Source: Eledone cirrhosa (Eukaryota). From it: a DNA stretch of 64,000 nt. The notes beneath the pieces were generated by a model. That model had not been told where the DNA came from. It saw only the letters and a list, made by a program, of their open reading frames with translations, and made no database searches. Positions 27,508 through 43,270 of the stretch are shown piece after piece. The position numbers and the translations under genes were made by a program. The stretch lies in NCBI GenBank assembly GCA_964016885.1, contig OZ024746.1:14136001-14200000 (forward strand). The letters are read 5' to 3'. Numbering within the stretch: position 1 is the stretch's first letter; each line of letters starts with the position of its first letter.

Positions 27508-28383
27508 TTTTAAACAATTAGTTTGTTTACTACTTTTATTATTGTATACTTCTATTATAATATATTTTGAATCTGTATTTGTAGTTCCGCTTTACCTAAA
27601 CTCAGAAACATTTTCACGTTACTAATCAATTTCTTTACACTATCTAATATGAAACGAACGCGTGTCTACTGTTTTGAGTCGAGGAGTAGGTCGGCCTGGT
27701 TTGTTATGATTTTTCTTTTAGATCCATCTCTATATTCTGATCCATCTTGAGTAAAATTCATATTTATTTCGTCACTAGTCAAATAATTGACAACAATAAT
27801 TTATCTATTTTAATTTGTTTTAGTGGTAGATATAGAAAAAGCGTTAGAGATACATTACTCAATGTATAAATGTAAGTGAAGTAAAAGGCAACCCTATTTT
27901 TTTATTTATCTCTTATTTTGATACTGCTATTTGTGTTATTGTTGACAACGAAGAACAATCAAAGATATAACGGTCCAACATGGCTTTTGAAACTTTTTCA
28001 CTTTGGTTGGGAATATTCTGGCAACCTCTCATAAATTGTCACCTTCATTCGGGCAAAATTATATGAGTCCGAGTTACTTAAGTAAATTTGGTTCGTTATC
28101 AAGAGCAAAATTTATTTAGGTCAACATTTTAAGTTATAAAAGAGAAACATAGTTAACGTTTTTGAAGAATAGTCAAATAAATCCCTTCGGACTTAGTTTT
28201 ATTCTTAATTGTTCTGCCCTATTTTGCCTGCCCGAAATACACCTTGGCGACCGAGAAAGTATTACAACAGAAGAAGGAACATAATGCATTAAGACATTTA
28301 TTAATTTGAAATAGACATCACAGTTGTTGACCCCGGGTTGTGGAAGTACTGAAGTCACCACTGAATACCTCAACTATCAAATG

Positions 28384-29010
<627 letters not shown>

Positions 29011-29267
29011 GATATACATCCTTAATAACATATAGATTACTTTGGCTGAGGAAACTGTGTTTTGATATAGACCTGAATACTCCAGATGAGACAACATCTG
29101 GAATCTCATGAACTCACTTAAGTATTGAACAAATTGGAACAGAATTATAATCCTTGGTAGCAATTTGCAAATTTTCACACGGGAAGAAATGGAGATATAC
29201 TATAAATATATAGAATATATAAGGTATGTCAGAAAAGAAATAGGATTAGAGTCGAAAATATATATAT

Positions 29268-29328
29268 ATACTCTTTTACTCTTTTACCTGTTTCAGCCAT
29301 CCGGCCGAGGCCATGCTGGGGCACCGCC
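29268..29328 (-). mobile_element. 3' end fragment of a third SINE family
   Basis: TACTCTTTTACTCTTTTACCTGTTTCAGCCATCCGGCCGAGGCCATGCTGGGGCACCGCC resembles a very abundant octopus SINE terminus (recalled, unverified). Confidence 0.55.
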
Positions 29329-29781
29329 CTATATATATATATTTTTTTTTTTTAATCATTTATTTTTATCATTTTTATCATTTTTTTATTATTTATTTTG
29401 TTTGACCTGTTTAGCTTGATTTGTTTTTTGGCTTAGGTGGTTAATGCCTTCTTGACCACTTTTTCAGTTTGTATGGCGTTTTAACATATTGTTTAGCCCT
29501 AGTTTTCTTAACTATTGGAGCCCTTGCCAGCATTTCTACGATTTTGCCTTTCGTTTCACTTTTTCTACCAGCCGAAATACGATTCTCGCTGAATTTATAT
29601 ATATATATAAATATATATATATATAAATATATATATATATAAATATATATATATATAAATATATATATATATAAATATATATATATATAAATATATATAT
29701 ATATAAATATATATATATATAAATATGACCCTCACCAAGTATAACAATATATATATATATATTTCAAATCCAAACTACAAA

Positions 29782-30068
29782 TTACAAGGTCTCCATTTCG
29801 AAATAATCCACCTTGAATCTAACGCCCTTTCCCATCCTTCTCCGTCACGCCTCAATGCACTCCTGGAAATATTATCCTGGGATTCTCCGCAGCTCCGTTG
29901 TCACGGCTATCATGATAGATTCCACGTCTGCAAAACGGGTCCACTTGATGATCCTCTTCAACTTGGGGAAAAGGAAAAGTTTGGTTCAGTTTCAAGACGC
30001 TCGGGGATGTCCTGACTAACCTGCACGCGGCGCTCCTCCTGGTCATCGTGTAGCAGCTTCGGAATCAT
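29782..30068 (-). mobile_element. Mariner transposase pseudogene fragment with internal deletion
   Basis: MIPKLLHDDQEERRVQVSQDIPERLETEPN / FLFPKLKRIIKWTRFADVESIMIAVTTELRRIPG*YFQECIEA*RRRMGKGVRFKVDYFEMETL*: WVP-linker region fused to the C-terminal FLF..LK...G.YFE region. Confidence 0.88.
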
Positions 30069-30069
30069 C

Positions 30070-31812
30070 TAGCTCACACAACACACTAATAGCTCACACT
30101 CATAGCTCACACAACACACTAATAGCTCACACTCAGAACTCACACAGTACACTAATAGCTCACACAGCACACTAATAGCTCACACTCATAGCTCACACAG
30201 CACACTAATAGCTCACACTAATAGCTCAAACTCATAGCTCACACAGCACACTAATAGCTCACACTCATAGCTCACACAACACACTAATAACTCACACTAA
30301 TAGCTCACACAGCACACTAATAGCTCACACTCATAGCTCACACAACACACTAATAGCTCACACTCATAGCTCACACAGCACACTAATAACTCACACTCAT
30401 AGCTCACACAACACACTAATAGCTCACACTAATAGCTCACACTAATAGATCACACTCATAGCTCACACAACACACTCATAGCTCACACTAATAGATCACA
30501 CTCATAGCTCACACAACACACTAATAACTCACACTCATAGCTCACACAGTACACTAATAACTCACACTCATAGCTCACACAGCACACTAATAACTCACAC
30601 TCATAGCTCACACAACACACTAATAGCTCACACTCATAGTTCACACAGCACACTAATAACTCACACTGATAGCTAACACAACACACTAATAACTCACACT
30701 CATAGCTCACACAGTACACTAATAACTCACACAACACACTAATAACTCACACTCATATCTCACACAGCACACTAATAACTCACACTCATAGCTCACACAG
30801 CACACTAATAGCTCACACTCATAGCTCACACAGTACACTCATAACTCACACTCATAGCTCACACAACACACTAATAACTCACACTCATATCTCACACAGC
30901 ACACTAATAGCTCACACTCATAGCTCACACAGCACACTAATAACTCACACTCATAGCTCACACAACACACTAATAGCTCACACTCATAGCTCACACAGCA
31001 CACTAATAACTCACACTGATAGCTCACACAACACACTAATAACTCACACTCATAGCTCACACAGTACACTAATAACTCAGACAACACACTAATAACTCAC
31101 ACTCATATCTCACACAGTACACTAATAGCTCACACAGCACACTAATAGATCACACTAATAGCTCACACTAATAGCTCAAACTCATAGCTCACACAGCACA
31201 CTAATAGCTCACACTCATAGCTCACACAACACACTAATAACTCACACTAATAGCTCACACAACACACTAATAGCTCACACTCATAGCTCACACAACACAC
31301 TAATAGCTCACACTCATAGCTCACACAGCACACTAATAACTCACACTCATAGCTCACACAACACACTAATAGCTCACACTAATAGCTCACACAGTACACT
31401 AATAACTCACACTCATAGCTCACACAGCACACTAATAACTCACACTCATAGCTCACACAACACACTAATAGCTCACACTCATAGTTCACACAGCACACTA
31501 ATAACTCACACTCATAGCTCACACAGCACACTAATAGCTCACACTCATAGCTCATACAGTACACTCATAACTCACACTCATAGCTCACACAGTACACTAA
31601 TAACTCACACTCATAGCTCACACAGTACACTAATAGCTCACACAGCACACTAATAGCTCACACTCATAGCTCACACAGCACACTAATAGCTCACACTCAT
31701 AGCTCACACAGCACACTAATAGCTCACACTCATAGCTCACACAGTACACTAATAACTCACACTCATAGCTCACACAGTACACTAATAGCTCACACTCATA
31801 GCTCACACAACA
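30070..31812. repeat. 1.74-kb minisatellite with a 33-bp composite unit (12-mer ATAGCTCACACT + 21-mer), irregular order
   Basis: Directly visible; gives the CELLVCCVSYE repeat ORFs. Confidence 0.95.
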
Positions 31813-32623
31813 CCGTTGTTTTTCTGACTCACTTCCTATACAGAACATATATTGCAGGTGAAAGTAAGCTACTAAAGACATGTATCATCTGATGAAGAAA
31901 TGAAACATTTGCATATATACACGCATACAGAATATAATGTATAAAGATGTATACATTATATTCTGTATGCGTGTATAATGTATATATATGTATAAATATA
32001 TACATACAGTCTCGCTGCTTGTATTTAAACTGTAAATATGTCACAGCTAACTTTGCAATCAAGGTAAGAAAGGCGAATACATTTCACTGTCTTGATACCT
32101 ACAGCTTGGTGCTAAGGTATAGAAGAGAATATTTCCTAATAGTTCAGGTATCTGTAACTAAATCTATATTTCTTATACGGTGAGTTACTATGTTTATTAT
32201 GCGTAAATATATTATAATATGGATTATACGTTATTATTCTGAATCAAGCTGTGTTGGTGTTATTGCTAATAAAGCTTATAATACATATAAATAAACATTC
32301 ACCAGGAATGGCTTGTTTAGGAAATCCTATACGTTAGATTTTATTCATACCAACACCCATGCTGAAGTAAGCATTCACCATACTTAGCCTGGCTGCTTAG
32401 TTAGTTATGATATGTTTATAGTTTGAATACTTACAGTGAGTTTAAATGTATGCGAATTATACTTTAAACTATTGTGTACGTGTTCATATACGCCTTTATT
32501 TTGAATCATGCTTTATTAATGTTACTACTAATTAATATAGAGAGTTGGAAAACTGTTTTCAGTCGAAAATATTCAAGAAATCATCAGATAAAATTTCCTT
32601 CTGTGTGTATTTAAAACATATAT

Positions 32624-32797
32624 GTTTCTACTTTTGGCACAAGGCCAGCAATTACCCAGTACATTACTGGTACTTTATTTTATCGACCCCGTAAGGATGA
32701 AAGGCAAAGTTAACCCCGGCAGGATTTGAACTCAGAATGGCAAGGGCCGTAACTCTATGCGTCAAAGCATGGCGTCCGACCCTCTACCGGTACTGCA
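32624..32797 (-). mobile_element. SINE family A
   Basis: Homology to other copies; slightly 5' truncated. Confidence 0.9.
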
Positions 32798-32997
32798 CAA
32801 CACAAGATAACGCATTTAGCATAAGTTGACGGATGGGAATGGATATAGTTACAGCCAACTGAGGGAAGCATTGGAAGTCCTTATATAAATACGAGTTGAG
32901 CTGTGTATTGAACATATTGGAATGCTATACAGAATCACATATATAATCTCTGGATATTGAACTTACATGTGTCGCACGTACATATACATACAAACAT

Positions 32998-33057
<60 letters not shown>

Positions 33058-33081
33058 TTATATATATATATATTATATATA

Positions 33082-33173
<92 letters not shown>

Positions 33174-33194
33174 CTATATATATATATATATATA

Positions 33195-33530
33195 TATACA
33201 TGTACGTATGTATGTATGTATTTTTGTATGTATGTATTGTATATATTTATCTATTTATATATGTATATGTATGTTTGTATATATGTACACATGTATGTAT
33301 GTATATATGTAAGTATGTAAGTATGAATATATACAAACATACATATATACATACAGACCTTAATATATACATATATACATACATACTTACATATATACAT
33401 ACATGTGTACATATATTATATACATAAATACATACAAACATACATATATACAAACATACATATATATATATAAATAGATAAATATATACAAAAATACATA
33501 CATACATACATACATACATACGTACATGAT
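33195..33530. repeat. Low-complexity (TATG)n/(CATA)n inverted duplication
   Basis: TATATATTTATCTATTTATATAT / ATATATAAATAGATAAATATATA and ATATGTAAGTATGTA / TACATACTTACATAT are mirrored. Confidence 0.65.
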
Positions 33531-33829
33531 ATATATACGTACATACATACATACAATCGCGTAGAGCACCATTTTTTTTATGTATTAAATATATTGCTTG
33601 GTGACACTAGAAAATAAAGTCAAATGGAAAATATATAAATCAGAACTTTGATAGATAATTCCTAAAGAAATAAAAACATACGACTGTAAATGGTATGATA
33701 GATAAAACAGATTGAAGCAGATACAGACGTTTTATGCGAGTAGGTTGCTGTGTAATACTAACGACACTGTAGAAATATTAATGTCTCTACCTAGCCAAGT
33801 GTACACACACACACATATATATATATATA

Positions 33830-33868
<39 letters not shown>

Positions 33869-33949
33869 CGCTTTCTTTCTCTCTCACTCTCTCACTCTCT
33901 CTCTCACACACACACTAACGCACGCACGCACACACACACACAGGAGAAA

Positions 33950-33950
<1 letters not shown>

Positions 33951-33981
<31 letters not shown>

Positions 33982-34100
33982 CGCCACCAACATCACCACC
34001 ACCACCACCACCACCACCACCACTACTATCACTACTACTACCACCACCACAACCACATCTACTACTACTACTACTACTACCACCACTACCACCACCACCG

Positions 34101-34131
<31 letters not shown>

Positions 34132-34267
34132 CGCTACTACTACTACTACCACCACTACCACCACCACCACCACCACCACTACTACTACTACTACCATCAA
34201 CATCGCTGCCGCCGCCGCCGCCACCACCACCACCACCACCACCACCACCACCACTACTACTACCACC

Positions 34268-34301
<34 letters not shown>

Positions 34302-34303
34302 AC
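33951..34303. repeat. Mixed (CTA)/(CCA)/(CCG) trinucleotide microsatellite
   Basis: Directly visible. Confidence 0.95.
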
Positions 34304-35129
34304 TACATGCATGATATGACCTTTATGCTCTGACAATCATTACGTATTCATTTCTTCTTTCTACATTCTCGTTCATCAGCAATATTTTGGTTGTTTTTCT
34401 TTCCGTCTTCCGTTGATTATATTGAGGACGAGTATAATTACGAAGCAAAAATGGTAGAATATCATTATCGCTGCCAACATCAGACCATCCTCATGATAAT
34501 CGTAATATTTTGATATCATTCTGCCAGTCTTTGTTACTGCACCTACAGCCAACATATACGTAGTTACACAGGCATAAAAGAAACGCATGATGCTCAAAGA
34601 AATGTATGGTACATTCAAATATATTATCGATCTGTCGAGTCTGTTCAGTCAACATGATATCCATTTCTGAGAAGTGAATTACGTAAAATGATAATACGAA
34701 GGTGCTGTTGGGAATACATATATTTGTACTCACATAGATTAACATAACTTCACAAAACTATATTTACACACTCCTGATTAGAAATATACATAGAATGTAA
34801 TAAATTAACAGCTAGAATGCACAACTAGAATGTTGAATCAGTTTTTATTGCGAACAGACCAAATGCACGGTTTAAATTCAAGCTCTAAAATATTTAGAAT
34901 AAATTACATTCACATGTAATAAACTCATGCACGTTATACGAAATATGGAAATAATATTGTCAGAAAATATTGCTAGAATGTAGGTATAATTAAAGTTTAA
35001 AAAACAACGGACAAAAATCGTTTATGAAAATTAGTTGTTAAAAGACATTTCATTTCAAAAGTAAAAGAAAATGAAAATATTTATGTAAAAATAATGAAAA
35101 TCTTTAAACTTCTACTCTCATGACCTCGA

Positions 35130-35490
35130 ATTTAAACTTGCTGTTATAGAGAATTTTAAAAGCAACTAAGTCCTCGCTTAATAGGTCGAAGCCCGGCGCG
35201 ATTATCGGAACCAATGCAAACAGGTTATGATAAAAACAGGGCGCGTCTAGCAGAAGGCAGCTGAGAAAGAATGGTCGGAGCCAATAAAGGCAGTTACTGA
35301 TAAACGTAGTGGGCTCCATACAGAAGGCCGCCAAGAGAGAATAATCGAAACTAAAGCAGACTGGCATTTCCAACTACAGTGTGAGCCTAGCAATAGACTG
35401 CCGAAAGTGAATGGTCGGCACCGATGCGGATGGGTACAGCCAAAAATAGTGCATCATCTGTAAAAGGAGGATGAGAATGAACGGACTGGG
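35130..35490 (-). mobile_element. Highly decayed CR1/L2-group LINE RT relic
   Basis: Motif remnants in the expected order: FTDDA (cf. FADD), SVWSP, DLVAFKILYN; GC-richer than flanks. Confidence 0.45.
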
Positions 35491-35582
35491 CCGATGAAAA
35501 TGTACATGCATGTATGTGGGTGCGTGTGGGCATGTATATTCAGACACTCACATTCACACACAGACACACATACACACGCACA

Positions 35583-35761
<179 letters not shown>

Positions 35762-37490
35762 TGCATTAATTATTAAGTAGGCACGTTCAAGTGTAGTTAC
35801 AGAAAGATTGAGTTCTGGTCATGTCCATGAAGAGACTGACAACACTAAACATTGTGACAACATGTGACAACGCCAATGAGTATAAGTACTGCCAGCATTC
35901 ATGTATTCTGTGAGGTGCACATAAAGCCTAGAAAGCAGATCTTATCGATTATGTGACTTTATATTTCTTAACCACCACTCAATCATCAATTTTATTTGAA
36001 CTCTTATACTATGAAAATGTTTAATTTACCTCAAGTAGTAAAACATTTGCCGAGTTGATACGAGATATGTCGAAAAATGTATGTTTAGTCTGTGGTCTGA
36101 ATTTATAGTTCAGTAGAATAAAATTAAGTGAAAATATATTAGTGCATCAATGATTGAGATTATAGTTATCTTAAATTTATGTTTGTACAGTAATAACAGT
36201 TTTAAAAAATATTGATTTGAAAGTGTTTGAGGAGAAAGCATATGCCGTAACCTGTAAATAATCTTCTAGAGGCCAATCTATTTATACCTAAATTCATAGA
36301 GATTACATGCCTTGCTTGGATTCTTCTGTCTGCATACATTAAAAACAGACATGGATTGATAAGAATATTAAGAATCAGGAAATATTCATTTGGAACCTAT
36401 GAATATTTATAGAAAATTAACGATTATTTGATATCTTATTAAGTTCTATATTTCGTAACTTGTTACAAATTCATCCATTAGAAATGCTAATTCGTTGTTA
36501 GCATTTACTACAGGACATAGATAAATGAACTGATAGAGACATAGAGTTAGTATAATATAGTTATTTATAGATTTCACTTCGACGTTCGTAGATCTACTTT
36601 CTATCTAATAGCTCAGAGGTATTCAAATGTGGAATGCATTCGAATATAGTATTTTTTTAAATATTCAAGAATAAATATCATCTGAAACTGAAAACAAAAT
36701 TGGATACTTGTTAGTGAGAGTGTGAGGAAATTCTAAATCAAATATATATTACAAAATTAGGAAGAACTGGGTGTGCGAAACAAAATCAGTTACGTTAAAA
36801 TATGAGATTTTATTGATACTTAAAGAATGTATTTCAGAACAAGCAAAATGTTATCATGATATGAAGGGGGAGTTAATTCTATGTAAATATACAAATATAC
36901 TTCTGTACCTCCATATGCATACGTGCGTGTGTTTTTTCTCAAATTGTTTTCTGTTCTTTACTTTTCTCACTTTTTATCTTTCTATTTTATCTTTTACTTC
37001 TTATTTTACCTTCTGATGACAGACTAGAGACCGAAACCTTCAGACTCTTTCCCTATTATTTCAAGCGTTAAACTAATATTGTACTTTTTTTTAATTAGTT
37101 TGTTCATGTGTATTGATAACATACTTACGCCGTGCACAATCTAATATGTAATCGAATTACCTACCATCGTAAGCACTAATACTATGCCGCAAGGACCGTA
37201 ACTCGAGTCAAGCTGTTTTTTAATCTACAGAGAAACATACATTTACCAGCTTATATATATATATTAAAAATTAGTGTTTACATACATACTTCTCGCAGTT
37301 TCTCTTAAAAACCAGTACTGTTTGTACAGACATGTATTTAAATACTATATTGGCAATTGACGTCATTCACATGGAAAGCGAAATATGCATCAGAAACCGC
37401 TTGAAAACGATTTAGAAAAAATTTAAATCAAATTCAAAATTTAATCCTAAAGAGAGGAAATTGGAACATTATCCACTGAAAGTTCCTTAA

Positions 37491-37528
37491 ACCCTGAAGA
37501 AGGGACTTTTAGGTCCCGAAATATTGGA
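37491..37528 (+). ncRNA. Ultra-minimal hammerhead-like motif
   Basis: CC-CTGAAGA-AGGGAC-TTTTAG-GTCCC-GAAA-TA-TT-GG; stem I only 2 bp. Confidence 0.5.
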
Positions 37529-37586
37529 CAGATAAAAGAACAACAACAAAAAAAAGAAAAAGAGACAAAAAAAAAGAAATAAAGAT

Positions 37587-38839
<1,253 letters not shown>

Positions 38840-38861
38840 TATATAATATATATATATTTAT

Positions 38862-38893
<32 letters not shown>

Positions 38894-39113
38894 TATATAT
38901 ATATATATATTTATAATAACTAGAAATTGATTAACTTATAAATAAACATGAATAATCACAGGAGATAATTTTTACAAGTGTGTAACCACACATAGCTAGG
39001 TAGGTAACTAAATAAAGTTGACCAGAACTTCAAAAATAGATACCTTATAATATGATTAATCTTCCCCGTATATATTCCATTAAAGAAATATATTTCACCA
39101 ATTAATCGGCTGA

Positions 39114-39175
<62 letters not shown>

Positions 39176-39182
39176 TACAAAT

Positions 39183-39236
<54 letters not shown>

Positions 39237-39627
39237 CTACACTTATGTCTTCAACCATGTTACACATATTTGGACAGGATCCAAGTCTGAACAATAATGT
39301 CAATGAAATTGATTTAATGAAATGTAAATACAAAATGTACGATTTAGCCTTTCGGAATTCTTTGTTTCGTTATTCCATTAATTCCTATTGTTTCAGAAGC
39401 GAAAGATATGTATTTGCAATGAATTGAAAGCAAAATATATTAATGTACAATGAAAACATTGCATTAACTCTTAAATACAAAAGCTGTTAGCTAAACGAGA
39501 TTCCCACAAGAAACAAATTGCTTTCCATCTCACAAGCAAGCAGCATCAAATGTATGAATGTGTCGATGCCAGGAACACATAAACAACATCCCCTTTTTCA
39601 GCCACAGGAATCGATATATATGTACAC

Positions 39628-39671
<44 letters not shown>

Positions 39672-39690
39672 CACATATATATACATACAT

Positions 39691-39745
<55 letters not shown>

Positions 39746-39788
39746 TACAAATACACACACACAAACACACGCACACACACACACACAT

Positions 39789-39913
<125 letters not shown>

Positions 39914-40391
39914 TAGGCAGCAAATATCTCACCAGAATCTTTCCCGACAATGTATAGGTTTAGGTAAGTCTATTATGAGAAATAAGGAACAGATTGCATG
40001 TTTTATCTAATAATTTCAGTTCAGTATCAAGTCGTGAATGTTGTGAGGAAAACTAAAGATTATATGATATAAATATATATCACCTTTTTCGAGAGGCTAA
40101 CTTTGACGGAATATAATGGCCAAAACTACTTAAATAACTGACTTGAAAAAGATGCCATTTTCGTTTATTTATACGTTTATCTCTACATGATAATATTTTA
40201 ATTGATATCCGATAATTATAAAATTTGTTCGGGTTGGAGACTTTTAAAATGAAAGTTTCTAGATATTGCCCTCGATGGAGTCAATGAATAAAACTAGTAA
40301 AAGAATAGATAATATGAGGAGTCAATTAAGGAGAATGAACGTGACACATGGGCCTAGTGCCTGCACTGAAACTGAAGACCCCTATAAATCA

Positions 40392-40711
40392 CTAATAACT
40401 AGGGTTTTGCACCTAGAAAGTTCTCCTCCGCGGCACAAACCTGGTCAAGGTTTCTTTTGTGGAAGACCAGCAGTCCCGCATACGTACCAGTCCCCCATCT
40501 TAATGCCACCAATGTTGTCCTAGGGAAAGGCAATGGCTCATACAGCTTGGCACCAATGACGTCACAATTCATTTCTACAACTGAGTAAACTGGAGCAACG
40601 TGAAATAAAGTGTCTTGCTCAAGGATACAACGCATCACCCGATCCGAGAATCGAACTCACAACCTCACGATTGCAAGCCCATTGATCTAACCACTCAACC
40701 ATACGCCTTCA
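40392..40711 (-). mobile_element. Full-length CORE-type SINE family B, tail type 2
   Basis: Minus strand GGCGTATGGTTGAGTGGTTAG..GAGTTCGATTCTC..CCTTGAGCAAGACACTTTATTTCACGTTGCTCCAGTTTACTCAG plus a ~170-bp tail. Confidence 0.85.
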
Positions 40712-40990
40712 CAAGTGCAGGAAATATTAATATCTTTTAATTAGACGACACAAAGCAAATGTTTAATGAAATTGATGGGAATCATCATATTGTTTTTATA
40801 TTAGTTTTGTTTGCAACTTATGTCAATCATGGCAATAACATCCTTCTCAACTGTTGTAAGTTATTGTCAACAGGGACGGGTTACCGTTTTAAGAAGGAAT
40901 CACTGGGACGAGCATTATATGTAGGCCCTGCGGCTAAGAGGTCGACACAATATGGGTTGCGAGTGACGAAAAGACGAATGAGTTAATAAT

Positions 40991-41182
40991 CGTTTCTACT
41001 TTTGGCACAAGGCCAGCAAATACCCAGTACATTACTGGTACTTTATTTTATCGACCCCGTAAGGATGAAAGGCAAAGTTAACCTCGACGGGATTTGAACT
41101 CAGATCATAAAGGGCTGTAACTCTTTGTTGCAAAGCATGCATGGCGTCCGACCCTCTACCGATACTGCCAATCCACCATCCT
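40991..41182 (-). mobile_element. SINE family A, full length
   Basis: Homology; imperfect TSD AATGAGTTAATAAT / AATGAATCAATAAT. Confidence 0.9.
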
Positions 41183-42319
41183 CAATGAATCAATAATATC
41201 AGGATGTAGGAAGCACATTCCGATGAGCAGAGGCCACTGTAATACAGTCCGGAATGGGGAATGTTGGGATGGCACATCTGTAAGCCAAAGATAGCAATCA
41301 ATCGGATGGTGTTCTTTACTGACTGTATATAAATCAGCTGCACCGTCTCAGATGTAGGAGCAGTGTTCTATTCTGGAATCTATAAAACAAGTATATCTTT
41401 CTATAAATTTATAACTTGATTTCAATAATCTTACTCAGGCATTTGACAAATTATATTTACATTATTCAGAAATCTTCAAACTCATTTCTTAGCCATATTA
41501 TATCATTATAATTTTTTATTTTTATACCCTATATTATTAAAGTTTTATGACTTAAAAATATTTTTTATTTAGAAATGCATATAATATTTCTGCATTTTTG
41601 ATTTTTTGAGATCAATATTTTGTCTTTACTAAATATTTTAAAATTTGATTTCGTTGACTTGAAAATTAAAAATATTTCTATTTTTTTTTTTATTAACTTT
41701 CAATTTACTTCCGCATAAAATTATTTGTTCAATACTTCAAACGTTTTGCATTTACAAGATCGAGTAAATTTATTAAAATATGCCTAATGTTTTGCATCAA
41801 TTGAAGCGTATTATTTCATTTGCGTTTAATGACATTTCTTCAATATATTTTTACTTTGTTTTATTGCAATATATTGTAAGAAACATTCAGCATAGACTTT
41901 GAACATTCTGAAAACCATAATGTAATGTTGATAGCCATAATTACTGTCATTAATTACATTATAGAAATAACTTTCCTTGGCCTTATAATATTTCAGGACA
42001 TAATGACAAACAACAATTGAAATCATTAATGACATACAATTATGGCAGTTGCAGACATTATACAAAATGCAATTATTTCGGTCAGAACTTTCAGACTGGA
42101 ATCAAGAATCGATAACGATTGAAAGAAAAGTGTACATTTAGACTGATTTTATCTTTTTTCTCAGTTCATAATTAGTGTCCTATCGAGTACGGAATTTCGA
42201 GAACACCAACGGCCAATGATATTTCCCTTGTTTACTGACAGACACTACGGTAGTCGTTAGCAAAAACACATCAAATTCAGAAATTAATGTCAACGATTCA
42301 AACTTATGTTCAACCGATG

Positions 42320-43270
42320 AGCAATTCTCCCCAGTTTTCTGTTCAAACATTCATGGATTTCAATCCACTAACAAAAACACATACACATATTGCTCTACTT
42401 CTTTCCGAGTCAAGATGTCTCATTATTACATAACTATATCTGCCGTTCAACCCATACTCTATATTCAAATTCATCCTAAAAAGAAGTGTCCGCATATACA
42501 CAGAATAAATAATTCCATCCACAATTTAGTTAGTAACGTCTGCCACGCACATTCCTAACCGTTACATGGAGGCTTTAAACGCTCCAGATATCATAATCAT
42601 TCCCAAGTTCAGTTTCTGTCACCTATAGGATCTCTGACAAAATCAAGGCTAAACACTTTGTATTCACTCATCACGCAACCGAATTTCATTGAAATCAAAT
42701 AACCGAAATGGTTCTCTCAAAGCTGGGTTACTTTCATCCACCAGCGCAACTCATACAAAACATGCTTACAAACTCTCCTGTATCTCCAAAACTAGTCAAT
42801 GACAAAAGAAATATATCCTAACTTTGTGGAATCCTCTTGCCCGATGCTGACTTATTGACCTTAAATATATACTCAAGATCTAGATACTATCTTCCCCCAA
42901 ACCGTTTCAATATCTTTCCTAACTATCGTCTTTCCAAATATTAATCTGGATCTTTAGCAACATGCTAAACTGCGTTCTTTTCCTAATAAGAATAGATTCA
43001 CTGCCACATAGCTCTGTGTTGAAACATTTCAAAAGTTGCGGTGGTAAGTTATTAACAACCAACTACTGAAAGAACTTCAGTGAACCCTTTGCTAAAGATC
43101 AAGCTTGTTGCCCTTTGCATTACACCTGTTACTCTTCACTTCTGCATTTGAACATACTTCTAACATATCGGACACAATGTCTCTCTCATTTGACCATGAT
43201 TTTAAGAAATCGAGCCCAATATGTCTCTCAATATTAATTCGAAAGCTTCCTGTAAGATCGTAGAGAACGC
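42320..43270 (+). mobile_element. Decayed CR1-group LINE ORF2 relic (APE to RT) with many deletions
   Basis: Colinear remnants FCSNIHGFQS (cf. NIRGLRS), LLLSES (LSET), THIPNR (TRIPDR), LSPIGS (SPLGSSDH), PKWFS (PWF), LNINSKA (LDISKA). Confidence 0.58.

Noticed and set aside
27277-27625. YDYANTS repeat ORF resembling a Tyr-rich structural protein
   Set aside because: It is a simple 21-bp tandem array that is open by construction, with no splice or signal context
30070-31812. CRISPR-like appearance and Cys-rich CELLVCCVSYE ORFs
   Set aside because: No unique spacers, no cas genes, eukaryotic context; frames are broken by stops
33884-34336. Gly/Ser-rich ORF
   Set aside because: Mixed trinucleotide microsatellite that runs into (GT)n; several frames are open
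41826-42100. Non-repetitive minus-strand ORFs here and at 58703-58918
   Set aside because: Short, no recognisable domain, and within chance expectation for 64 kb
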